Below are positions 30,050-40,794 of a DNA stretch of 64,000 bases, piece after piece (the first letter of the stretch is position 1; every line of letters begins with the position of its first letter). A program made the translations under genes and the position numbers. This DNA comes from Candidatus Bathyarchaeota archaeon. GTDB lineage: Archaea; Thermoproteota; Bathyarchaeia; Bathyarchaeales; Bathycorpusculaceae. The stretch spans positions 96,001 through 160,000 of the forward strand of contig CAWGYA010000002.1 in NCBI GenBank assembly GCA_963826715.1, given 5' to 3'. A model generated the notes under the pieces. That model was not told where the DNA came from and ran no database searches. It saw nothing but the letters and a program-made list of their open reading frames with translations.

Positions 30050-31399
30050 TTGCCAGAGCTAAATAATTCAGGTATTGAATCTAAAGTAATGAATCGTTGG
30101 ATTATTGTTATTGGCGGCATTTTGATTCAACTTGCTTTGGGCGCGATTTATGCATGGTCTGCATTTACGGGTCCACTTCAGGGGTCAGCTGCAGCAGCCA
30201 GCGAATTCGCTTTTACTAAAACAGAAACCCAAGCCATCTTCAGCGTCGGTCTTTTGGTCTTCGCAATTTTCACAATCATTGGTGGTCGCCTGCAAATCAA
30301 ACAGGGACCTATGAAAGTTGCCTTGCTCGGAGGCGTCCTGCTTGGCTTGGGCTACATCCTTGCTTCCTTCACTGGAGCAAGTTTTATTGGAAAACTAATT
30401 TTCCTCGGCATCTTCGCAGGGGCAGGTATTGGACTTGCCTATGTGGTGCCGATCGCCACCGGTGTAAAATGGTTCCCTGACAAGAAAGGTTTAGTCAGTG
30501 GACTTGCTGTGGCAGGTTTTGGCTTTGGAGCCTTCATCTGGATTCTATTAGCCAACCCACCTAGCGTCCTAGGCTTCACCGGCTTAATCAGCCCACAAAC
30601 TGTTGCAGGAGTAGCAACATACACGGTTGCAAACGTGGATTTCGCATTCCTCGTTTACGGCATTGCGTTCTTGGCGCTGGTTTGTCTTGGTTCATTAGTT
30701 ATGAAGAATCCACCCGCGGGCTATGCACCAAAAGGTTGGAACCCACCAAAAAATAAGCAAGGTAAACTCGCAGGAATATCTCTAAAACCTAAAGCGATGC
30801 TCAAATCAAGGAACTTCTACATTCTCTGGATGATGTTTCTCATAGGCGCATTAGCTGGCTTAATGGTTATAGGGAACGTTCAAAACTTCGCAAAAAGCAC
30901 CACCGACGGATTCATCGCCTACGGCTTTAGCGTAACCGAAGCCGTGGACTTCGCAGTCATCGGCGCTGCAGTCTGCTTACCCATCTTTAACGGCGCAGGC
31001 AGAATCGTGTGGGGTCAAATCTCCGATAAAACCGGGCGTCGAAAAGCGCTGATGGCAATGTTCGCATTCCAAGCCGTCACAATGGGACTGTTTTTCTACA
31101 CCCCCGCCAACCCCTACCTATTCTACGTCATCGCAGCGTTGATTGGCTTTAACTTCGGCGGCAACTTTGCTTTGTTCCCCTCCAGTTGCGCAGACTCGTT
31201 TGGATCGGAAAACGTGGGACTCAATTATGGGTTCCTCTTTACCTCTTATGGTATAGGCGGTATTGTGGGGCCGATTCTGGCGGGCGCCGTGCAAGATGCA
31301 GGCTTTAGCTTCCTGTATGCCTTCATCCCTGCAGCCATAATGTGCGTTGTAGCTGTTGGGCTTGCGGTTGTGTACCGCGAAGAAAAGAAATGCATCTAG
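30050..31399 (+). CDS. OFA-family MFS transporter (oxalate:formate antiporter / monocarboxylate-like)
   Basis: LGAIYAWSAF, KWFPDKKGL..G....GFG, NGAGRI.WG..SD, GGNFALFP. Confidence 0.9.
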   Translation: MPELNNSGIESKVMNRWIIVIGGILIQLALGAIYAWSAFTGPLQGSAAAASEFAFTKTETQAIFSVGLLVFAIFTIIGGRLQIKQGPMKVALLGGVLLGLGYILASFTGASFIGKLIFLGIFAGAGIGLAYVVPIATGVKWFPDKKGLVSGLAVAGFGFGAFIWILLANPPSVLGFTGLISPQTVAGVATYTVANVDFAFLVYGIAFLALVCLGSLVMKNPPAGYAPKGWNPPKNKQGKLAGISLKPKAMLKSRNFYILWMMFLIGALAGLMVIGNVQNFAKSTTDGFIAYGFSVTEAVDFAVIGAAVCLPIFNGAGRIVWGQISDKTGRRKALMAMFAFQAVTMGLFFYTPANPYLFYVIAALIGFNFGGNFALFPSSCADSFGSENVGLNYGFLFTSYGIGGIVGPILAGAVQDAGFSFLYAFIPAAIMCVVAVGLAVVYREEKKCI

Positions 31400-31440
31400 T
31401 GTGAAGTAATTTCACACTCCCATTGTTTTATTTTTTTATT
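31398..31440 (+). terminator. Hairpin plus T-tract terminator
   Basis: AGTGTGAA-GTAAT-TTCACACT followed by T-rich tract. Confidence 0.55.
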
Positions 31441-31515
31441 TGTATTAAAGAACCAACTATTTTTTGAACCTAAAGAAGTTAAGAAGGGGCTAATATATTG
31501 TGCAAGTAGCAACGT

Positions 31516-31842
31516 TTATGGTTTTTCTTTAATGATTCTCTCAAAAAACGCCAAAGTCTGATTGGGCACCGTTACAATGCGTGTATCCACGTCGGTGAAG
31601 ATCACTTTCTCCATGTTCTCTGGCTCTTGCTCATAAGCTTCAAACGCCTCCATGTTGGGCGCCTCATAAACCGCCCAAGACTGGTGTCCCCAGCGATCAG
31701 TCCAAATTCCCACAACTTTCACGCCATGTTTGCCTGCGAGGGCATCAGTTTTTTTTAGCCAATCCATGGTTGTTAAGAGATTTTTTCTGTTCCCTATGGG
31801 GCAGCTTTCAGGGGAATGCGTATAGACTTGTAGTATATGCAT
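31516..31842 (-). CDS. Small hypothetical protein (GYD/DUF3303-like alpha-beta barrel)
   Basis: HSPESCP...GVKVVG.W...H....VYEAP pattern. Confidence 0.65.
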   Translation of the reverse strand: MHILQVYTHSPESCPIGNRKNLLTTMDWLKKTDALAGKHGVKVVGIWTDRWGHQSWAVYEAPNMEAFEAYEQEPENMEKVIFTDVDTRIVTVPNQTLAFFERIIKEKP

Positions 31843-31960
31843 ATTTTTTCCTCTATGGAGTTCACTACTTCATGGAAGTTTAAAGGGTTTTCGAAAACCC
31901 AAAAAGAGGCTAAAAATTAAATGTGGTAGGCATAGACCAGGTCCAGTAAAGTTTTATTGT

Positions 31961-34711
31961 TTAGTCTTTTCTCCGTCTACTGGTCAGGTATTTTCCCACT
32001 TCAAGCACAGTGAAGAGCAAGCCTGCATACAACGCCGCGACGGCCCAGTCGATTAGTTCTGGAGTGTGGACATCGAAGATTTGCTGTATTCCTGGCGTGT
32101 AGAGAACCACGAGTTGCAAGACGAAGGAGACAAGCACTGCTATCCATAGAAACTTGTTTTTGAAGGGTCCGACTTTGGCGATGGGGTACTTGAAAGACCG
32201 CGCGGAAATCGCTATTGTCAGCTCCATAACTACCATGGCGGTGAATAGTTGAGTGCGTGCCTCCAAAAGCTGGAAGCTGCTTTCCCAAGGCATATGGGAG
32301 AAGAACGCAATCAAGAGCAGCACTGTCATGAAGATGGGTACTGCAGTGAGGTAGACTTTGACGTCGTGTGTGAAGATACTTTCTTTCGGATGGCGGGGTT
32401 TGCGTTCCATCAAGTCTGGGTCACCGGGGTCGACTCCTAAAGCAATAGCCGGTAACCCGTCAGTTACTAGGTTAATCCAGAGTATCTGGACCGCTGTTAA
32501 GGCAATGGCAGCATCGTTTGCATATGGGTGAAACCCTGGTGATAACCAAGCAGCAAGATAAGGCACCGAGACCACAGCTATGAACATGACTAAGATTTCC
32601 ATTATGTTACATTGCAACAGGTAAGTGAGATATTTTTTGATGTTATCGTAGATTTCTCTGCCTTCACGGACTGCTTTGACAATGCTGGCAAAGTTGTCGT
32701 CGGCAAGAACCATGTCTGCGGCTTCCTTTGTGACTTCGGTGCCAGAGATGCCCATAGCTATGCCTATATCGCTCATCTTGAGCGCGGGCGCGTCATTGAC
32801 GCCGTCTCCGGTCATGGCAACGACTTCGTCTTTCTTTTTCCAGGCTTTGACGATGCGGGATTTGTGTTCAGGCGCCACACGGGCGTAAATCACCACTTTC
32901 TCCACCACCGCTTCGAGTTCTTCATCGCTCATCGCTTCAAGTTCTTCGCCTGTAAGCACCTGGTTTTCTTCAACGACTTCGCCGAGTAAGTTGAGTTCTT
33001 TGGCGACGGCGGTGGCGGTTAATTTGTGGTCGCCAGTTATCATGACGACACGGATGCCTGCGTTACGACAGATGCCGATGGCGTCTTTAACCTCACTTCG
33101 GGGTGGGTCAATCATGCTCATGATACCAACAAACACAAAGCCCTCTTCGTTGTCCTCTTTGAATTCGCCTGCGTCTTGAGAAAGCATTTTGTAAGCAAAA
33201 CCGAGGTTGCGTAGCGCCTGCAACGCCATGGCTTCGGTAACTTTATTGTGTTTAACACGAATTTGCTCAGTTAACGGTTGAACTTTGCCAGCAAGAAGAA
33301 TTTGACTGCATTTTTCTAGCACCACTTCAGGTGCACCTTTCATGTAAGCTACTTTTTGGTATCCTGCCATGTGAATTGTGGTCATGCGTTTGCGTTCCGA
33401 AGAAAAGGGCACTTCAGCAATTCGGGGTTCTTGGGCTTCCATCTCTGCTTTTTTGATGCCTGCTTTCTCTGCAGCTACAACAAGTGCGCCTTCAGTTGGG
33501 TCACCCTTCACGATCCACTTGTTCGTCTGCGGATCCTTTTCCAGTCCAGAATCGTTGCAAAGAACCGCAGCCTTTAGGAGTGCTTTGAGGTCTCCTTTTG
33601 GATCTATTTTTTTATCTTCAAATTGGAATTCACCCTCGGGTGCGTAGCCGATACCTGTGACTTTGACGGATTGGTCGTCCACGTAGATGCGTTGCACCGT
33701 CATTTCACCTTTGGTCATGGTGCCTGTTTTGTCGCTGCATATTACGCTGGTGCTGCCCAACGTTTCTACTGCGGGGAGGCGTTTGACGATTGTGTTAACT
33801 TTTGCCATGCGATACATGCCGATGGCGAGTGCACCAGTGATTATGGCTGGGAGTGCTTCGGGGACAGCTGCTACCGCGAGGCTGATTGCCCAAAGAGCCA
33901 TTGCGATGAGATCTCGTCCTTCTACGACAACGCCCACGACACCCACGCTAACGGCGATTATGACGGCTAAGATGCCGATCCATTTGCCTACGCTGCTCAT
34001 GCGGCGTTCAAGTGGAGTTTTCTCCTGTGGGGCAGATTGCACCATTTCGGCGATTTTGCCGAATTCTGTGGTCATGCCCGTGTTGGTTACGATGGCTTTG
34101 CCTCTGCCGTAGACCACGACGGTGCCTGTGAAGACCATGTTTGTGCGGTCGTTTAGTTGGGTCTGCGCTGGCAGGGCTTGGGTACTTTTTGCTACTGGGG
34201 CTGATTCGCCTGTTAAGGATGCCTCATCGGTTTTCATGGTGAAGGCTTCGATGAGGCGGGCGTCAGCGGGAATTTTATCACCGGTCGAGAGAACAACGAT
34301 GTCGCCGGGAACAAGTTGGGTAGCAGGAATTTTGATTTCTTTGCTGTCACGGATAACCTGAGCGGTGGGCGCGGTCATTTTTTTTAGGGCTTCCACTGCT
34401 TTTTCGCTGCGGTACTCCTGTGTGAAACCAAGAACTGCGCTGGCTATGACGATGGCTAAAATAATGAGTGCGTCAGCTACTTCCCCAACTATAATCGAGA
34501 GGGCTATGGCAAAAAGCAAGATTAGCATTAAGACATTGGTGAATTGCCCGATTAGCAGGCGAATTGATGATTTACCTTTTTCTTTTTTAAGTTCGTTGAG
34601 ACCATAGGTGGTTAAGCGCTGCTGGACTTCTTGCGCTGAAAGTCCAATGTCTTCAACTTTGAGTTCAGCCATAACGTCTTTGGTGTCTTCGGTGTGCCAG
34701 ATTTTAGCCAT
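31961..34711 (-). CDS. Cation-translocating P-type ATPase (P2A, Ca2+-type)
   Basis: LTGES, AVPEALP, DKTGT, KGAPE, TGD, GDGVNDAP, NLVTDGLPA. Confidence 0.96.
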   Translation of the reverse strand: MAKIWHTEDTKDVMAELKVEDIGLSAQEVQQRLTTYGLNELKKEKGKSSIRLLIGQFTNVLMLILLFAIALSIIVGEVADALIILAIVIASAVLGFTQEYRSEKAVEALKKMTAPTAQVIRDSKEIKIPATQLVPGDIVVLSTGDKIPADARLIEAFTMKTDEASLTGESAPVAKSTQALPAQTQLNDRTNMVFTGTVVVYGRGKAIVTNTGMTTEFGKIAEMVQSAPQEKTPLERRMSSVGKWIGILAVIIAVSVGVVGVVVEGRDLIAMALWAISLAVAAVPEALPAIITGALAIGMYRMAKVNTIVKRLPAVETLGSTSVICSDKTGTMTKGEMTVQRIYVDDQSVKVTGIGYAPEGEFQFEDKKIDPKGDLKALLKAAVLCNDSGLEKDPQTNKWIVKGDPTEGALVVAAEKAGIKKAEMEAQEPRIAEVPFSSERKRMTTIHMAGYQKVAYMKGAPEVVLEKCSQILLAGKVQPLTEQIRVKHNKVTEAMALQALRNLGFAYKMLSQDAGEFKEDNEEGFVFVGIMSMIDPPRSEVKDAIGICRNAGIRVVMITGDHKLTATAVAKELNLLGEVVEENQVLTGEELEAMSDEELEAVVEKVVIYARVAPEHKSRIVKAWKKKDEVVAMTGDGVNDAPALKMSDIGIAMGISGTEVTKEAADMVLADDNFASIVKAVREGREIYDNIKKYLTYLLQCNIMEILVMFIAVVSVPYLAAWLSPGFHPYANDAAIALTAVQILWINLVTDGLPAIALGVDPGDPDLMERKPRHPKESIFTHDVKVYLTAVPIFMTVLLLIAFFSHMPWESSFQLLEARTQLFTAMVVMELTIAISARSFKYPIAKVGPFKNKFLWIAVLVSFVLQLVVLYTPGIQQIFDVHTPELIDWAVAALYAGLLFTVLEVGKYLTSRRRKD

Positions 34712-34907
34712 TCCCAGTTCCCAAGTATATGGTTTGAGTTTAGGTATTTAGGTATTCACAAATTATGATTTGCTCCTGACAAAACACCAGTTTTAGCCCA
34801 TTAAAATACAAAAATATCTAGCAAATAGGCAATATGCCTAACGAACCCAGGCTAAAGCGGTTGAGAAATGGACTAATGTAGAAGACCAAAAAAACATCTG
34901 AACAACT

Positions 34908-35453
34908 TTAAAAGCCATCAAAAAGCTCAGGATGCCTACCACGGGCACTACGGCTATACATAAACAACGAAAACGCACCCACAATCAACACGCCCCAGCA
35001 AAGCAACTCTAGCAACCAAACAAACGGCAACCCAAAACTGGCAATTTGCTTTTGCCACTCCCAAGCAAAATCAGCAGGCTTGGTCAGCGGCCACGTCCCG
35101 ACAACAAAGTAAAAAAAGCCAAAGGCTGTCAAAACCGTCGCCACCCTCTCGCCAACCCCGAGGTTTGCAGAGTGGAGTTGACGGAGGCTGTAATTGCAGA
35201 GTAAAACCGCGCCTACGAGGAGAGCGGGGAGGCTAGTTAGGAAGAAGAAGGGACTGATGTAGCTTCGTTGAATTATGGCGTTTGGGAAGGGTGGAATTGC
35301 GAAGACATCTTTACCCCAATCCGCAGGTGTCCAGTTACCTGCGATTACGGCGGCAAGGTAGAAGGCGCCGTAAGAGGCCAGTAGCACCCCAAAGGAGGCT
35401 TGGTGGCGCTGCAGGTAGTCTACAACACGCGAGATTGTGGGGGTATGGGTCAT
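34908..35453 (-). CDS. Hypothetical 4-TM membrane protein
   Basis: 181 aa with four hydrophobic segments. Confidence 0.65.
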   Translation of the reverse strand: MTHTPTISRVVDYLQRHQASFGVLLASYGAFYLAAVIAGNWTPADWGKDVFAIPPFPNAIIQRSYISPFFFLTSLPALLVGAVLLCNYSLRQLHSANLGVGERVATVLTAFGFFYFVVGTWPLTKPADFAWEWQKQIASFGLPFVWLLELLCWGVLIVGAFSLFMYSRSARGRHPELFDGF

Positions 35454-35572
35454 CAGATGTCAGTTCTCTGCTACAGTTATGTGGATTGGGCATATATTTT
35501 TTTCAGCAGTACGTAGGCAAAACATTCTAAAAGCTAACTGTTCACTATACAGGATGTTTTAGGTGTGTGCTT

Positions 35573-36274
35573 ATGAAGTTTGAAACCACCATAACCGACA
35601 TAATCAAGCGGACCGCCTACGTCACCAGCTTCCGCTTTGGCAAACCCGACGATCTCAAATACAAACCAGGCCAGTTCTTTTATATCACCCTCAAACACCA
35701 CGGCGTAGAGCTTAACAAACACTTCAGCTTCAGCAGTAGCCCCACTGAAACAGACCACATCGAATTTACCAAAAAACTCAGCGACAGCCCATTCTCCAAC
35801 GCCCTACGCGCGGCCAAAGTGGGGGATTGGGCACGCATCGATGCGCCTTATGGGCAGTTCACATTTACAGGGGAATACCCTAAGATTGCGTTGCTGGGCG
35901 GTGGCATAGGCGTAACCCCCTTTATCAGCATCGCTAAATACGCCACTGACGGGGCATTGGATAATCAGATTACGCTTTTTTATGGCTGCAACACGCCAGA
36001 AGAGATTGTTTTCCGCGAGGAATTCTGGGCACTAGAGAAGAAAAACAATAACCTAAAAATCCACTTCACCGTCAACCAACCCTCACCGGATTGGAAAGGC
36101 GCCACAGGCAGAATCACCGAGGAGATGATTCGCAAAGAGCTGACTGCCTTTAAGGACTATGTATTCTACGCTTGCGGTCCCCCGCCAATGGTGAAAGCCA
36201 TGCAGAAGTTGGTGCAGAACTTGGGGTTGCCTAAAGAAAAGCTTAAGCTCGAGTATTTCACGGGCTACCAATAG
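35573..36274 (+). CDS. FNR-like FAD/NAD(P)-binding oxidoreductase
   Basis: KPGQF, FSFSSSP, APYGQF, GGGIGVTPF, YACGPPPMV, terminal E.F. Confidence 0.92.
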   Translation: MKFETTITDIIKRTAYVTSFRFGKPDDLKYKPGQFFYITLKHHGVELNKHFSFSSSPTETDHIEFTKKLSDSPFSNALRAAKVGDWARIDAPYGQFTFTGEYPKIALLGGGIGVTPFISIAKYATDGALDNQITLFYGCNTPEEIVFREEFWALEKKNNNLKIHFTVNQPSPDWKGATGRITEEMIRKELTAFKDYVFYACGPPPMVKAMQKLVQNLGLPKEKLKLEYFTGYQ

Positions 36275-36447
36275 CTAAAGTCCAAGATCATAAAATCGCT
36301 TGAGTACAACCAGCCAAACCCAAGTAGCAACCTAAAACACATTCCAGCCACAAAACACGTTGTTCATCTAAACTTCTAAGAAGATGAAGTATAAAACAGC
36401 AACTTTCTTCTCATGCTAAACCAAAAACAAACCCTCAAAAAAGAGGT

Positions 36448-37731
36448 TTAAGGGTAGAATCTGCGGGTGGTCCGCGGGAACGGGATCGCATCAATAACAT
36501 TATCCAAATCAAGCATCCAAACCAGCAAACGCTCCAAACCCATGCCGAAGCCCACATGCGGCACCGTGCCGTAGCGTCGTAGGTCAAGGTACCATTCGTA
36601 GTCCTCGGGTTTTAGTCCCTGTGCTTTCATGCGCTCGATTAAAGTGTCTTTGGTTTCTTCCCTTGCGCCACCCGTGCTAATTTCGCCAATGCGTGGAACC
36701 ATCATATCCACTGACATGGCGATTTCGGGGTGTCCGGGGTAGGTTTTGCAGTAGAATGCTTTGATTTCAGTTGGGTAATCGTAGACAAAGAAGGGTTTGC
36801 CAAAGTCCTCTGCGAGCACTTTCTCGTCTTCGTAGCCAAGATCTGCACCCCAGTCGAGTGTGGGGTTTTTGGGTTTTAGGCGCTCGATGGCTTCTTTGTA
36901 GGTGATGCGTGGGAAGGGCGTTTTGACGGCTTTGAGTTTTTCGATGTCTGCACCGAGTTCCTTGAATTCGGCTTGGCAATTCTGAGCTACGATTTGGCAG
37001 ATGTGCTCCATTAAGCCCTCCTCGAACTTCAGGAGGTCAGTCATGTCTGCGAAGGGCCACTCGCCTTCTATGTGCCAGTACTCGGTGAGGTGACGGATTG
37101 TGCGGCTTTTCTCTGCACGGAACGAAGGCGCAATACAGTATACATTCTCCAACGAGAACATGAGGATTTCAAGGTAGAGTTGGCTGCTCTGGGTGAGATA
37201 GAGGTCCTGGTCAAAATAGCGCAGTTTAAAGAGAGTGCTTCCGCCTTCTACCGCCGCGGAGATGAACATGGGCGGGGAAACCTCAGTAAACTTTTGCGTC
37301 TTGAAGTATTCTCGTGCTGCGTCTAGAACTTCGCCGCGAACCTTCATGACAAGGTTCATTTTGCGGCTACGCAGCCAAAGGTGGCGCATATCACGGATGA
37401 ATTCTTCGCTTTTATCTTTGCTGATGGGGAAGTTTTCTGCTAAACCAACGATTTGAAGGTTTTCGCCGCTGATTTCAAAGCCGCCCGGTGCCCGTTTGTC
37501 CTCTTTGGCGGTGCCGCTGAGGGTAAGTGAGGATTCGATTGTGAGTTTTTGGGCTTCGCTCCAGCAGACGCAGGTTTTTTTAATAGTGGATTGGATTACG
37601 CCTGTGGAGTCGCGGACTACGAGGAATATGAGTTCTTTTCCTTCGCGTTTTCGGTAAACCCAACCGCGGACAGTCACGGGTTGGTTTGTGCATTTGCCTT
37701 CTAATATTTCGCTGATTTTAACCAGAGACAT
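36448..37731 (-). CDS. asnS: Asparagine--tRNA ligase
   Basis: VRGWVYRKR OB fold, RHLWLRS, YLTQSSQLYLE, FRAEKSRT.RHLTEYW, GTVPH.GFGMG.ER. Confidence 0.93.
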   Translation of the reverse strand: MSLVKISEILEGKCTNQPVTVRGWVYRKREGKELIFLVVRDSTGVIQSTIKKTCVCWSEAQKLTIESSLTLSGTAKEDKRAPGGFEISGENLQIVGLAENFPISKDKSEEFIRDMRHLWLRSRKMNLVMKVRGEVLDAAREYFKTQKFTEVSPPMFISAAVEGGSTLFKLRYFDQDLYLTQSSQLYLEILMFSLENVYCIAPSFRAEKSRTIRHLTEYWHIEGEWPFADMTDLLKFEEGLMEHICQIVAQNCQAEFKELGADIEKLKAVKTPFPRITYKEAIERLKPKNPTLDWGADLGYEDEKVLAEDFGKPFFVYDYPTEIKAFYCKTYPGHPEIAMSVDMMVPRIGEISTGGAREETKDTLIERMKAQGLKPEDYEWYLDLRRYGTVPHVGFGMGLERLLVWMLDLDNVIDAIPFPRTTRRFYP

Positions 37732-37768
37732 CGTGCATCAACTTCTGGCAGATATACCAATTTCACGC

Positions 37769-39051
37769 CTAAATGCATATCGGAATGCAGCAGAGGCGGA
37801 GGCGGCACTTTAGTTCTCTTACTTTAGGCTCAGAAACCCGCAGAAAAACAAACAACGAGAGCGGAATCATCGCGGCGGCAAAAAGCAAAAACGGCAACGA
37901 AGGCGACACAAACACGTAAAGAAAGCCCACTAAAAGCTGAAGCCCCCCTGAACAATAAACATGAAAAATTGGGTGCATCCCGTGGCGGTTCCGCGCAGAT
38001 TTCTGGGAACCAAGTCGCTCATTAGAACCAGGTAGCTATTTAGCTGTAGCAAGTTACCTAATCCAAAGAAGAAAAAAGCAAAAAACAACATATTGAAGTC
38101 GGCGTTGACAAAAAGCATCATACCTGGAATAAACAGTAAGTAGCCAAGTATTAGGAAGCGTTTTCTACCAAATCTATCCATGCTTAAGCCTGCGAGTATG
38201 GCGGGTAATGCGATGCTGATATAGCGGAAAGCCACCACCAGCGCCCACTGCTCCAAGGTGACTTCGAGGACTGTTGTGGCGTATACAACAAAGTATATTT
38301 GGCAACTTACCACTAATCCATTGACGACAATGACAGAGATGAAGAGGTTAAAGGCAGATTTGGGAACTTTACGCCACACAAAGATGCCTTCCTTGACCGC
38401 TTGTGGGTACTCACGCAGCATGCTTTGCAGACTGGGTCTATCTACGTCCTCGTTTGGAGGCAAGGTTTCTTTGAGCCTAAACCGAAGTACAGCAATACTA
38501 AAGTACGCAATGGTTGTGAGGCTATAGGCGACGCGCATGCCCAAATCGAAGTTAAAAGTAAACACTAAATACTGGGCGATTAGGGGGGCGGGCAGAAGAA
38601 CCAATGTGGTAATGGCAGATTGGAAACTAAAGCCTGCGGCGCGATTCTTTGGGGGCAACGAATCCATGACCATTGCCATTAAGGCGGGTCCATAGATTGA
38701 GCAAACGTTTTGGATCAGCAGCCCAAGCAATATAAAGGGCCATGAGGGTGCGAAGATGAAAAATAAGCTGCCAATGCCTATGCCAAACGTCATGGAGATT
38801 ATGAGCCAGCGTCTGCCATGTTTGTCGGCGAGGTAGCCGCCGGGGAATTGCACCAGTGCCACGACGATTGAGCCTGCAAAACCCATCACGGAGAGGAGCA
38901 GTTCACTGGCGCCCAAGTGAAGGTAGAAGAGGCTAGCGTAAGTATCGGGGATGGGTTGGGCGGAGAACATGATTATCCAAGTGATGGTTATGAGTAGAAA
39001 GTTTCCTCTAAGTATGGCTTGGTCTCCGCGGAAAAGCGTTGAGAACCGCAT
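37769..39051 (-). pseudogene. MFS transporter with 3' frameshift at a G6 run
   Basis: Main ORF 37930..39051 (GG.LADKHGRR, DRFGRK motifs) stops early; the last two TM segments (GGLQLLVGFLY...PFLLFAAAMIPLSLFVFLRVSEPK) continue in the frame of ORF 37769..37978, switching at CCCCCC 37943-37948. Confidence 0.75.
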
Positions 39052-39182
39052 TTGAGAATAATTTGTTCAAGATTTATTTAAATTAAAGTGTGACTTACCT
39101 AATTTTAGTTACGTCAAAGGGTAATTTGTTTCCACAATTCTTAAATCGCCCATGCAAAAGACCTTATTTATATTGAAAAATA

Positions 39183-40547
39183 ATGCAAAACAAAATTGAA
39201 GGGCAAACAAAACTAAAAGTTCTGAAAATTTCAGCTTTAGCCATATTCAGCGTTGTACTGGTTGAAATTACAGTGGGCTCAATTGTTAACAGTTTAGCCA
39301 TAATCAGTGACGGCTTGCACGCCTTGCTAGATGCCCTTTCAACAGTTATTCTGTTTTTTGCAGTTCGTGCCTCAATTAAGCCACCAGACGAAGAACATAC
39401 GTATGGGCATGAAAAATTTGAAACAATCGGTGGATTAATTGGGGGAGTGGTTTTGATTGCCGTGGCGCTATTGATTTTTTATGAAGCAGCAATTCGGCTT
39501 ATATCGGGAATACAACTTACTGAAGGTTTTGAAAGCGCTGGGTTCATCGGAATTGGTTATGCCCTTTTTATCGCATCCTTGAGGGTTAGCGTTTTTCGAC
39601 GCTGGCAACACACTGAGAGTCAATCGATGAAAGCAGGTTTGTATGATGCGGTTTCAGATTTAGGTTCAACGGTTATTGCCCTGTTGGGCTTTGGTTTGTC
39701 AATTTTAGGTTTTGCGTCGGGTGATGCCTTTGCTTCGATTTTTCTCGGTTTAATGCTGACGTATCTAAGTATTAAGCTGGTTAGAGGAAGCGTTTCGGAA
39801 CTTAGCGACACTGCCTCAAAGGAACTAGTTTGGAAAACCCGAAAAGTCATTTTAGCCTGTAATGGAGTTGTTAAAATTGAAAACCTCAAAATACGCAAAG
39901 TCAGCACGAAGATTTTCGTTGAAGCGTCTGTTCAGGTCCCCCATGTCATGAGCCTTGAGGCAGCTCATTCACTAGCATCTAAAATTGAATGCTGTCTTAA
40001 AGATGCATTCGGAACAGTTGACGCAACCATTCATATTGAACCAGCTGATGAAGAATATAGAATCAACGAACATGTAACGCAATTGGCATCTGTTGAGGGG
40101 GTAAATGAAGTTCACGAAGTCAACATCAATTACTTAGATGGAAAACTCTACATTACCCTGCACGCTTATGTTGACCCAGAATTGTCCGTGGAGCAAGCCC
40201 ATAAAATCGCATCAACCATTGAACAACGAATTTACGGAGATATTAAACCTCTGGAAAACGTAACAGTACATGTTGAGCCAACTAGCCCATCGTTTTCAAC
40301 GTCTAATTGCAGCGAGGCTCAGATTAAACAAGTTGTTCTCAATGTTACACATAACATATCTAAAGATTTACAGATTAAACGTATTTTGACTTATTCTTCT
40401 GATGGTAAGCAATATGTTAACATTGATTGCTGCTTTAGCAAAAATATCCGCCTCAAAGAGGCGCATCGACTATCATCACTTCTTGAAAAAGAAACTAAAG
40501 AGAACTTCGCCAACATGGTAGTCACAGTGCACATTGAGCCAATGTGA
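39183..40547 (+). CDS. Cation diffusion facilitator transporter with three tandem C-terminal domains
   Basis: SLA..SDGLH..D, PPDEEHTYGH.KFE; three repeats ending in IHIEP/VHVEP/VHIEP. Confidence 0.92.
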   Translation: MQNKIEGQTKLKVLKISALAIFSVVLVEITVGSIVNSLAIISDGLHALLDALSTVILFFAVRASIKPPDEEHTYGHEKFETIGGLIGGVVLIAVALLIFYEAAIRLISGIQLTEGFESAGFIGIGYALFIASLRVSVFRRWQHTESQSMKAGLYDAVSDLGSTVIALLGFGLSILGFASGDAFASIFLGLMLTYLSIKLVRGSVSELSDTASKELVWKTRKVILACNGVVKIENLKIRKVSTKIFVEASVQVPHVMSLEAAHSLASKIECCLKDAFGTVDATIHIEPADEEYRINEHVTQLASVEGVNEVHEVNINYLDGKLYITLHAYVDPELSVEQAHKIASTIEQRIYGDIKPLENVTVHVEPTSPSFSTSNCSEAQIKQVVLNVTHNISKDLQIKRILTYSSDGKQYVNIDCCFSKNIRLKEAHRLSSLLEKETKENFANMVVTVHIEPM

Positions 40548-40794
40548 CAAAGTAGCTTTAGTAATATTTTTCACGATATCTCAACCCAACCCTCAAACTT
40601 GCAAAAAAGTAGTTGTAGAACTATTTCGAGAGCCATTTTCAATGAATTTTACAATTCAGTAGAAAATAGAAGGATATACTATAGTAATTTTGGCTGGTTG
40701 ATGAAAGAAAATGGTTGTGACCCAGGCAAAAAGTTACACGAAAGACGTCTGAACCTGACAATGGGATTTTATGAAAACGTTCTAAGAATTATTA

